Assembly (NCBI GenBank): GCA_016288305.1
Contig: JAEEYW010000042.1
Location: 1 to 45,242, forward strand
Length of the DNA stretch: 45,242 nt
DNA from: Bacillales bacterium
Lineage (GTDB): Bacteria > Bacillota_I > Bacilli_A > RF39 > UBA660
Reading direction: 5' to 3'
In this document: positions 38,020 to 45,242 of the stretch, in pieces
Layout: each line of letters starts with the position of its first letter
How positions within the stretch are numbered: position 1 is the stretch's first letter
Notes under the pieces: model-generated
Seen by the model: the letters and a program-made list of their open reading frames with translations, nothing else
What the model was told of the DNA's origin: nothing
Database searches by the model: none
Position numbers and translations under genes: made by a program

Positions 38020-39614
38020 TTAATCACTTCTTTCTTTAAAACAAATACGCTAAAACATATTAATCCTAGTATACTTAAACACTTACATATGTTGTCTAAA
38101 GTTGTACCGGTATAATCTAAAGAATATATACCAGCTTTTAAATCAGCTTCAATAAAACCATTTTCATTTTCGTATATTTCATATTTATTACCATTTACAT
38201 CTTTTAAAGTGTAACCATAATAATATAATCGTGGGAATTCTATTTTAGCGTCATCAAATAAGGTAAAATCCATCCTAGGAACCTCATCTATATTAACCTC
38301 CACTTTAGCTTTTTTATCTTTAACTATAATATCATGATTTCTATTGTTATAATAATCTATATTCTCATACACTTTAACTGGCAAGTATTCCTGTTGCCAT
38401 CCCATAGCTACTTCATATATACTTTCATCTTCCAATTCAATAAAAGTATAATTATTCCAATTTGTTGTACTGTATGAGAAACAAAGCATTAAAATTATTA
38501 AAATATAATGGGTATTTTGTGATTTAAAACTTTGTGCATATAATGGCGCTAATAAACATATAAACAAAGCTGCAAATGTTTCAAAACGCCATGGATATTG
38601 GAACATTCTAAGGCTTATAGGTAAATAATCCCATGGGAAGATAATTGTCGCCATAATCAAACTCATAGCCCCAAACATAATTATATAATCATATATCTTA
38701 TTACGATATTTTGAATAATTAGCCATAGATAAAACTAATAAAACTAAACATACAATATCAATATAATACTTGATTTTATCCCCACTGCCTGCATCATAGT
38801 TTAAATACTTATATGGTGTTATACCATTTCCCCATGTTCCTTGAACCATAACTGAATCTTGGAAAACACGATATTCACCTAACACTTTATTTTCAATCAT
38901 TGGAACAACAAATGGTGAAATAATTAAAAGTATAAAAACACTGGCCACAATAAAATATTTAATATTTTTTATTGTATCTTTAAATCTCATTGCTAAGAAG
39001 ATTAAAACAAATATCGTAAAATATATCATCATAGTTAAATGTGACAATACACCGCCAATATAACCAATAGTAAATAATAAATAGAATTTCCTTTTATCAC
39101 CTTTAAATAACTCATATATACCTGATAATATCATAGGTAAAAAAACAAATAAATAATTTTCAGCTAAAGCATCTCTTACATAAATATTAGATAGATGATA
39201 TGGGAAAGCCATATACATTATCGAAGAAAGCAAAGCTACTTTATTATTTTTTGAAATTCTTAAAGATAACTTATACATCGTTATTCCTGATAAGACTAAG
39301 CTAATATAATAAACGATTTTAATACTTATTAAAGGATTATTTATACATAAATTAATATAAGCTGCAAAAAGATGTGGCAACATTGGATAAAATATTCCTG
39401 TACCGTAACCAAAATTATTTGCCATCGTTCCATAAACCCTACTTGGGAAGAAAATATTATTTTTTAATTGGTTAGTTAATTCAATGATATTACCTATATG
39501 AAATTTAGAATCATGTCCTACAGTATAACCTCTTAAAAAGAAAACTAACAACATTATGGTAGCTGCAACTAATATTATGAATATATCTTTGTTTTTTAAA
39601 TGTTTTTTCAACAT
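38016..39614 (-). CDS. Polytopic GT-C-like membrane glycosyltransferase (YfhO/PMT-like), identity uncertain
   Basis: The 532-aa product has more than 10 TM segments and a C-terminal extracytoplasmic domain. It is the first gene of the GT-C / GT2 / GtrA block, with overlapping stop and start codons. Confidence 0.55.
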   Translation of the reverse strand: MLKKHLKNKDIFIILVAATIMLLVFFLRGYTVGHDSKFHIGNIIELTNQLKNNIFFPSRVYGTMANNFGYGTGIFYPMLPHLFAAYINLCINNPLISIKIVYYISLVLSGITMYKLSLRISKNNKVALLSSIMYMAFPYHLSNIYVRDALAENYLFVFLPMILSGIYELFKGDKRKFYLLFTIGYIGGVLSHLTMMIYFTIFVLIFLAMRFKDTIKNIKYFIVASVFILLIISPFVVPMIENKVLGEYRVFQDSVMVQGTWGNGITPYKYLNYDAGSGDKIKYYIDIVCLVLLVLSMANYSKYRNKIYDYIIMFGAMSLIMATIIFPWDYLPISLRMFQYPWRFETFAALFICLLAPLYAQSFKSQNTHYILIILMLCFSYSTTNWNNYTFIELEDESIYEVAMGWQQEYLPVKVYENIDYYNNRNHDIIVKDKKAKVEVNIDEVPRMDFTLFDDAKIEFPRLYYYGYTLKDVNGNKYEIYENENGFIEADLKAGIYSLDYTGTTLDNICKCLSILGLICFSVFVLKKEVIK

Positions 39615-39680
39615 AAAACCACCTTTTTAATTATATCACAAAAAACTTTTCTTGCACATATAATGTTTTAGGTGGTTATC

Positions 39681-40307
39681 ATGCATAAAGCAATTTATCT
39701 CATCTTATTTATTCTTGTATGTCTTAGACAAGATAATAAAAACATGTTTTATAAAAATATCAAATTTGTTTCTAATCCTAACGATTATTTAGTACTAGTA
39801 AATAAAAATAATAAACTACCATCATCTTATATACCAAATGATTTAGAAATGGTTGAACAAAAATATTTACGAAAAGCAGCTAAAGAAAAATTTGAAGAAA
39901 TGCGTAAAGATGCTTTCGAACAAGGATACATAATTACCATTGCTTCCGCCTATCGTGATTATGATTATCAAAAAAAACTATTCGCATATTATGTCAAAGA
40001 AAAAGGCTTAGATTATGCGCTTTCCTGTTCTGCTAAAGCAGGTCACTCCGAACATCAAACAGGTTTAGCTGTTGATATAGAAGGAAGTAATAATGACTAT
40101 AATAAGTTTATAGAAACCAAAGAATATGAATGGTTAAAAGATAATGCCCATAAATACGGCTTTATTCTAAGATATCCTAAAGGAAAAGAAAATATTACAG
40201 GTTTTAAATTTGAACCTTGGCACTATCGATATGTTGGTGAAATAGCTACATACATATATCAAAATAAACTTAGTTTAGAAGAATATTTAAGCAAAAGAAA
40301 AAAGTAG
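39681..40307 (+). CDS. M15 family D-Ala-D-Ala carboxypeptidase (VanY-like), second paralogue
   Basis: SAYRDYDYQ...SEHQTGLAVDI...KYGFILRYPKGKE...EPWHYRYVG are present. The ATG at 39681 follows AGGTGG. Confidence 0.85.
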   Translation: MHKAIYLILFILVCLRQDNKNMFYKNIKFVSNPNDYLVLVNKNNKLPSSYIPNDLEMVEQKYLRKAAKEKFEEMRKDAFEQGYIITIASAYRDYDYQKKLFAYYVKEKGLDYALSCSAKAGHSEHQTGLAVDIEGSNNDYNKFIETKEYEWLKDNAHKYGFILRYPKGKENITGFKFEPWHYRYVGEIATYIYQNKLSLEEYLSKRKK

Positions 40308-40319
40308 ATATCTACTTTT
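40300..40319. terminator. Palindromic hairpin shared by convergent genes (VanY-like and CotD-like)
   Basis: AAAAGTAGAT|ATCTACTTTT overlaps both stop codons. Confidence 0.4.
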
Positions 40320-40539
40320 ATCTAAAGTTGCAGCAACTTCCACAATCCTCATTAATAACTTGTGTTTCTTCTGTACATGTATATTGTGGCGTATATGTAT
40401 GTACATAATGAACACGATTAATAGTATGTGTATTTATAGGACATATATGTTGAACTTCTACCGTATAATCCTTTTCCACACAATTATTTATCATAGGTTC
40501 GATAATAGGCTCTTGCCTATTACATCTTTTTCCAAACAT
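40318..40539 (-). CDS. Small Cys/His-rich protein, CotD-like spore coat protein candidate
   Basis: The 73-aa product has a strong SD (AAGGAGG). The pattern ...VQHICPINTHTINRVHYVHTYTPQYT...CGSCC resembles inner spore coat protein D (recalled from memory). Confidence 0.5.
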   Translation of the reverse strand: MFGKRCNRQEPIIEPMINNCVEKDYTVEVQHICPINTHTINRVHYVHTYTPQYTCTEETQVINEDCGSCCNFR

Positions 40540-40595
40540 AAATACCTCCTTTACCTAGTTTATAATATGTTATAAACGTAAAGCGGTATATGCTT

Positions 40596-40778
40596 TTAAC
40601 CAAGTTTTATAGTATTAAATGTTTTAGATAAAATATATAAATATACTAAAGCAACTATAATAACAAAAATCACCGTAATAACTGATGTTATTATTTTAAA
40701 TGTTAATACCCTTTTATTGTGTAATTCTAATGCTTTTACCCTATTTTCTAATTCTATTACTTTTTCATTTAAATCCAT
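40596..40778 (-). CDS. Small membrane protein (60 aa), hypothetical
   Basis: The SD is AGGAGG. The protein has an N-terminal amphipathic/coiled segment followed by one TM helix. Confidence 0.5.
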   Translation of the reverse strand: MDLNEKVIELENRVKALELHNKRVLTFKIITSVITVIFVIIVALVYLYILSKTFNTIKLG

Positions 40779-40787
40779 AATATCCTC

Positions 40788-42092
40788 CTAAAATGGTAGT
40801 TTTAAATTGCCTGATTTAAATTGTTTCATTAATACCTTCATTTGTTCGAATTGTTTTAATAATCTATTAACTTCTTCAACACTTCTAGCAGATCCTTTAG
40901 CTATTCTTATCTTTCTAGATGCTTTTAAACATTCTGGATGTCTTCTTTCATAAGGTGTCATAGATAGGATAATAGCTTCAATATGAGCCATATCCTTAGG
41001 ATCAATTTGAACATTATTTAATCCCATTTTTTTAGCTCCTGGTAACATTTTTATTATATTTTCTAAAGGTCCTAGTTTCTTTATTTGTTTGAATTGAACT
41101 AAGAAATCTTCCAAATCAAATTTACCTTTTTCCATTCTCTTAGCAGATTCTATAGCTTCATCATCCATGATATCTTCAGCTTTTTCAATCATAGACAATA
41201 AATCACCCATATCTAAAATTCTACTTGCCATTCTTTCAGGATAGAACTCTTCTAATCCATCCATTTTTTCAGATACACCAACGAATTTAATTGGAACATT
41301 AGTTAAATGTCTAACTGATAAGGCAACTCCACCTTTAGTATCACCATCTAATTTAGTTAAAATAGCTCCTGTTAATTCTAATTTTTCATTAAATCCTTGA
41401 ATAACGTTAATAGCATCTTGTCCTGTCATAGAATCAATTACTAACAGTATTTCATTTGGATTAGCTATTTCTTTAATATCATTTAACTCATCCATCAAGT
41501 CATTGTCAATATGAAGTCTACCAGCTGTATCAATCAAAATATAATCAAAATGATTGTTTTTAGCATATTCTATAGCATGTTTTACTATTTCTTGTGGTTT
41601 ATTAATACCTTCTGAATATACTTCGATATTTAACTCTTTACCTATTTGTTTTAATTGATCAATGGCAGCAGGTCTATATACATCACATGCAACTAATAAT
41701 GGTTTTTTACTATATTTTTTTCTTAATAATAAACTTAATTTACCAATCGTAGTTGTTTTACCACTTCCCTGTAAACCAACTAACATCAATATACTTGGAT
41801 TACCACTTGTATTTAATGGTGCAGCTTCACCACCTAATAACGTAACTAATTCATCTTTAACTATTTTAATAAATACTTCACTAGGTTTTAAACTGTTACT
41901 AACCTCTTCACCTAAGGCTTTTTCTTTAACATTAGCAATAAATTCTTTAACAACTTGATAGTTAACATCAGCTTCTAGTAAAGCAAGTCTTAATTCTCTT
42001 GTTATGTCGCTTATATTTTCTTCCGTTATTTTACCATAGCCTTTAATTTTATTTACAACAGAAGATAATCTGTCTCCTAAACTTTCAAACAT
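40788..42092 (-). CDS. ffh: Signal recognition particle protein Ffh
   Basis: LVGLQGSGKTTT, DTAGR, TKLDGD and a Met-rich M domain are present. Confidence 0.95.
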   Translation of the reverse strand: MFESLGDRLSSVVNKIKGYGKITEENISDITRELRLALLEADVNYQVVKEFIANVKEKALGEEVSNSLKPSEVFIKIVKDELVTLLGGEAAPLNTSGNPSILMLVGLQGSGKTTTIGKLSLLLRKKYSKKPLLVACDVYRPAAIDQLKQIGKELNIEVYSEGINKPQEIVKHAIEYAKNNHFDYILIDTAGRLHIDNDLMDELNDIKEIANPNEILLVIDSMTGQDAINVIQGFNEKLELTGAILTKLDGDTKGGVALSVRHLTNVPIKFVGVSEKMDGLEEFYPERMASRILDMGDLLSMIEKAEDIMDDEAIESAKRMEKGKFDLEDFLVQFKQIKKLGPLENIIKMLPGAKKMGLNNVQIDPKDMAHIEAIILSMTPYERRHPECLKASRKIRIAKGSARSVEEVNRLLKQFEQMKVLMKQFKSGNLKLPF

Positions 42093-42126
42093 AAATATTC
42101 CTTTCTAAAAAAGTATAGAGTTAACT

Positions 42127-42846
42127 CTATACATTTTCAACATTATGATATACATTAGATACATCTTCAACGTCATCTAACATGGTTAACATTCTTTTAA
42201 ATATTTCTAAATCTTCACCTTGTAATGTTATTTTTTCTTTAGCTAACATTGTAATTTCATCCATATCGAATTCAACTTTTGGTAAAGCTTTACTTATAGC
42301 ATCTTTAATTTTAAATAAATTAGATGGATCAGCATATATTACTATATTTCCTTCATCCTCTTCAATGTCAATAATATCAATATCGTTTTCAATCATTAAA
42401 TTTAAAGTTTGTTCACTATCTAATCCTTTAAAACTTACGATACATAAATTATCATAATTATATGATACACTACCCATATTACCCATTTTAACATGACATT
42501 TATTAACAACTGCTCTTAAGTCACTAACGCTTCTATTAACATTATCTGTTAAACATTCAACAATTAAAGTTGAACCAGCAGGTCCAAACATTTCATATGT
42601 ATTTTTGATATAACTTTCATCCACACCACTATTTACTTTATCAATAGCTCTTTTAATAATATCAGCTGGAACTTGTTCTTTTTTAGCTCTTTCAACTAAT
42701 CTTTTTAAAGCAGAGTTACTTTCCATTTCAACTCCACCGTTTTTAGCCGCTTGATAAATTTCTTTAGCATACATACTATAGATTTTACCTCTAGCTGCTC
42801 CTGTTTTTTGAATACTTGCTTTTCTTACTTCATATGCTCTTCCCAT
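42127..42846 (-). CDS. YebC/PmpR family DNA-binding regulator (YeeN-like subgroup)
   Basis: MGRAYEVRKAS...RLVERAKKEQVP...YEMFGPAGSTLIVECLTDNVNRS...VYHNVE is collinear with B. subtilis YeeN as recalled. Confidence 0.88.
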   Translation of the reverse strand: MGRAYEVRKASIQKTGAARGKIYSMYAKEIYQAAKNGGVEMESNSALKRLVERAKKEQVPADIIKRAIDKVNSGVDESYIKNTYEMFGPAGSTLIVECLTDNVNRSVSDLRAVVNKCHVKMGNMGSVSYNYDNLCIVSFKGLDSEQTLNLMIENDIDIIDIEEDEGNIVIYADPSNLFKIKDAISKALPKVEFDMDEITMLAKEKITLQGEDLEIFKRMLTMLDDVEDVSNVYHNVENV

Positions 42847-42896
42847 TTGTAATCACCTCAATATATTTTACAGTATTTTATTCATTTTAGCAAGAT

Positions 42897-43565
42897 TTAA
42901 TGACGTGCTTTTTTCAATGCGTCACATGCTGCACTTTGTTCTGCTTCTTTTTTACTGTGAGCTACGCCCTCACCATAGATAATATCATCTACTTTAACTA
43001 CTACTCTAAATGTTGGATTATGCGCAGGACCTGTTTCTTCTACTACTACATATTCTAATGATCTTTTATCTGTTTGAATTAGTTCTTGTAGCATTGATTT
43101 ATAATCTGTATCAAACACAATTTCATTATTTTCAATCGTTGTTATAACTATATCATAAATAAAATCTTTAGCTTTTTCAAAACCTTGATCTAAAAATATA
43201 GCACCTATTAAAGCTTCAAAAATATCAGCTACAATAGCTTTTCTATTTCTTCCACCGGTTTCTTCTTCACCAACACCTAATCTTAAATATTTATTTAATT
43301 CTAGTTTTAATGAATAAGCATAGTTTGCATCTTCGCATACATATCTGGCTCTATTTTTTGTCATAACGCCTTCATTATCTGTTGTATTTTGATATAAATA
43401 TTCACTTATAACAACTTCTAATACTGCATCCCCTAAATATTCTAAACGTTCATAACTTTCACAATTGTTTTCATTAGCATAAGATGTATGCGTTAAAGCA
43501 GTTAAATATAAATCTTCATTACTTGTTTTAATACCTAATTTATCTAGTAATTCCACATATATCAC
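42897..43565 (-). CDS. rnc: Ribonuclease III
   Basis: ALTHTSYANE...ERLEYLGDAVLE and a C-terminal dsRBD (GPAHNPTF...GVAHSKKEAEQSAA) are present. The true start is probably the GTG at 43556, after AGGTGA. Confidence 0.92.
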   Translation of the reverse strand: MIYVELLDKLGIKTSNEDLYLTALTHTSYANENNCESYERLEYLGDAVLEVVISEYLYQNTTDNEGVMTKNRARYVCEDANYAYSLKLELNKYLRLGVGEEETGGRNRKAIVADIFEALIGAIFLDQGFEKAKDFIYDIVITTIENNEIVFDTDYKSMLQELIQTDKRSLEYVVVEETGPAHNPTFRVVVKVDDIIYGEGVAHSKKEAEQSAACDALKKARH

Positions 43566-43625
43566 CTAAAATTAATTATACTATAAAATATTTTAAAAAT
43601 AAATAAAAAGATAACTTACGTTATC

Positions 43626-45242
43626 TTAATATTTAATTAAACGAGACCCGACGTTGACATGACTATCACTAGATGAAGTACTCAAAGTCCAAGACCACAA
43701 ACCGGCACCACTAGGACTATCCCAATAACCGCCGAAAAGGGCTATTTTATTGCCTGAATTTTGATAATAATAATCTGTTACAACATTAGTTCCTACTTCC
43801 GTTGGAAAAGCAAATAAGGAATTATTACTGTCGTAGCCTAAAGTTTTAGCATAGCCACTAGTTGTTGCATTAGTATACCCTAAAGCATGATATGTTCCAT
43901 CAAATTTGTCGACTTGATAACTTTTCATATCTGTTGATACATATGCTATATAATCTTTAACATTAATACCATCGACAAATTGGTATATATTTCCGAATAT
44001 ATCTTCCATACCACGATATATCATACTATGCTTGCCATCGTTATTTAATGTTCCTGACTTCATACCTAAACTATCTGTTTGACCTGATTTAGTGGCAGCT
44101 GTTGCTAGAACACTATTTGTTGATATATTAACAGCTGCTCCATCAAAATAAACGGCTGTTCCAGTTACGCCATTCGCACTATAACTTTCTTTTTTCGTTA
44201 TAGTTCTATTAGCTGCTACAGAATTATTCCATACAGAGCCATTTCCTATATTTATTGGCTGACCTACGACAAATTTATCCGCTGATGTCGTATTTATTAT
44301 AATTCTACTTGTATTATTCTCAGCGACCAATGCTTTATCGTCATTGCTCATACGATATTGTGTTATACCATTGCCTAGTTTAGATTGAGAATTATAATCA
44401 GCATATTCTACTAAGTATAGCATTTGAATTAAATTATAATGATAATCCATTTGTCCAAAGTCACTACCTAGTTTATTTGATTCATTCCTAAACCATGTTA
44501 TATTTTTACTTACTTGAGGAAATACGCCACTTTTTGAATGTAATTTACTATCGCTGTATGAAGATGTATATCTTCCAACTGAGAATTCTTCAGATTTTAT
44601 ATATCCTTCTAGTGGATATTTAGATATTGATTGATATTCATATCCATTTTCTTGCCATCTTTTGTAATAAAATTCTGGTATTTTTGTTAATACTTCTCCA
44701 TTACTTCCATCGAATTTGAAATTGCTATCTCCATAATAAGCTGTTATTTGATCATTTTCTGTATCATAATTATAACTTATGATATCTTTCCATGGATATA
44801 AATTATCAAAATCATTTACTACATAAGAACCATCTTTTGCAGCATTAGCTACTTTGCCTACATTGTTATCTACTCTTTCCCAGGCTGATGAAGTTGATGA
44901 TAAATTTCTTCTTACAGTATACTTAACATTAGTATCGCCAGTAGTTATATTATAATCTTTACCATCATAAACAACGGTTCTACCATTTGTTTGAATTACC
45001 AATGAATCAAAGCCATTATTGTAATCAAGACTAACTATAGAAGCACCTTTAGTATCTACCATTAAAGCTAGTTCCTCATTAGTAATACCATCTTTACAAA
45101 TGTTATCAGATCCATCTAATTGATTAATCATACCACTTGTTTGACAATAATTATTAACTGCTTCAACAATTCTTTGTGTTTCAGTATAAGCTACTGAATC
45201 CTTTGAATCATTTATAACATCAATTACTATTGGTGTAGCTAT
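43626..45242 (-). CDS. Large pilin-like protein: prepilin-type N-terminal region fused to a C-terminal domain of about 500 aa; the 5' end runs off the window
   Basis: The frame stays open from the track ATG (45131) to the window edge. The extra 37 codons read IATPIVIDVINDSKDSVAYTETQRIVEAVNNYCQTSG, which is 28/34 identical to residues of the 130-aa pilin-like protein at 17917-18309. The C-terminus ends ...GGYWDSPSGAGLWSWTLSTSSSDSHVNVGSRLIKY. Confidence 0.8.
   Translation of the reverse strand: MATPIVIDVINDSKDSVAYTETQRIVEAVNNYCQTSGMINQLDGSDNICKDGITNEELALMVDTKGASIVSLDYNNGFDSLVIQTNGRTVVYDGKDYNITTGDTNVKYTVRRNLSSTSSAWERVDNNVGKVANAAKDGSYVVNDFDNLYPWKDIISYNYDTENDQITAYYGDSNFKFDGSNGEVLTKIPEFYYKRWQENGYEYQSISKYPLEGYIKSEEFSVGRYTSSYSDSKLHSKSGVFPQVSKNITWFRNESNKLGSDFGQMDYHYNLIQMLYLVEYADYNSQSKLGNGITQYRMSNDDKALVAENNTSRIIINTTSADKFVVGQPINIGNGSVWNNSVAANRTITKKESYSANGVTGTAVYFDGAAVNISTNSVLATAATKSGQTDSLGMKSGTLNNDGKHSMIYRGMEDIFGNIYQFVDGINVKDYIAYVSTDMKSYQVDKFDGTYHALGYTNATTSGYAKTLGYDSNNSLFAFPTEVGTNVVTDYYYQNSGNKIALFGGYWDSPSGAGLWSWTLSTSSSDSHVNVGSRLIKY

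Noticed and set aside
5386-42457. All other short track ORFs nested antisense or out of frame inside long genes: 5386-5613, 5776-6036, 6370-6591, 7274-7519, 9069-9383, 10012-10218, 10621-10923, 11015-11197, 11415-11762, 14995-15321, 15670-15885, 17300-17515, 17817-18002, 18684-18878, 21008-21250, 21505-21690, 22119-22376, 27602-27784, 32203-32385, 33550-33750, 37217-37495, 40360-40575, 41662-41958, 42182-42457
   Set aside because: Each overlaps a longer ORF that has recognisable family motifs and a proper SD sequence. Their compositions are the mirror-strand bias of AT-rich coding DNA, and none has a convincing ribosome-binding site.
12996-43565. Track start codons GTG/TTG at 2618, 6630, 13007, 17856, 28932, 34365, 39672 and 43565
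   Set aside because: These lie within or immediately adjacent to the GGTGA/AGGAG Shine-Dalgarno sequence of the gene. An in-frame ATG, TTG or GTG 5-9 nt downstream of the SD is the more plausible start, so coordinates were adjusted or annotated accordingly.
1-45242. Alternative genetic code (UGA=Trp, Mollicutes-like), suggested by the very low GC
   Set aside because: Several well-defined genes end at TGA (for example trmD ...AAG GAG TGA and the TrmH-family gene ...AGG TGA). Trp is encoded by TGG throughout, and the ORFs have normal lengths under code 11.

Overview
This is a very AT-rich (roughly 27-28% GC by eye), standard-genetic-code chromosomal segment that looks like a low-GC Bacillota genome, possibly an Erysipelotrichia- or Clostridia-like spore former. 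TGA is used as a stop codon and TGG encodes Trp. Almost every gene is on the minus strand and most are core housekeeping genes: tRNA-Gly, gltX, yneF, a TIGR01212 radical SAM protein, trmD-rimM, a TrmH-family methyltransferase, rnhB, lepA, queA-ruvB-ruvA, fmt, priA, yqeH-yqeG, gatD-murT, a MurJ-like flippase, a DacA-like PBP, a GtrA/GT2/GT-C glycosylation module bracketed by two VanY-like M15 peptidases, ffh, a YebC-family regulator and rnc. Several small accessory islets interrupt this backbone. (1) At the left edge sit a Fic protein and an AlbA_2/Schlafen-like ATPase. The ATPase gene is bracketed by a 44-bp direct repeat of the tRNA-Gly 3' end and terminator. (2) A promoter-to-U-tract unit of about 186 nt at 4875-5060 looks like a stand-alone structured RNA, possibly 6S-like. 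(3) A monocistronic 1031-aa Cys-rich secreted protein lies next to an M23 peptidase. (4) There are orphan prepilin-like genes, including one of at least 538 aa that fuses a pilin N-terminus to a large C-terminal domain. (5) Most unusual is a 2.6-kb locus between priA and yqeH with two intact and two scrambled ORF6N (KilA-N-like) gene copies. These copies share a near-identical leader/N-terminus and, in the two intact copies, a near-identical C-terminal module, but their middles are hypervariable. All four ORF6N cores in which the region is preserved, plus an isolated out-of-frame fragment in remnant D, carry a different perfect 23-29 bp palindrome over the same protein motif. No rRNA, CRISPR array, transposase or integrase is visible. 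All identifications come from reading the translations and sequence, and no database search was possible.
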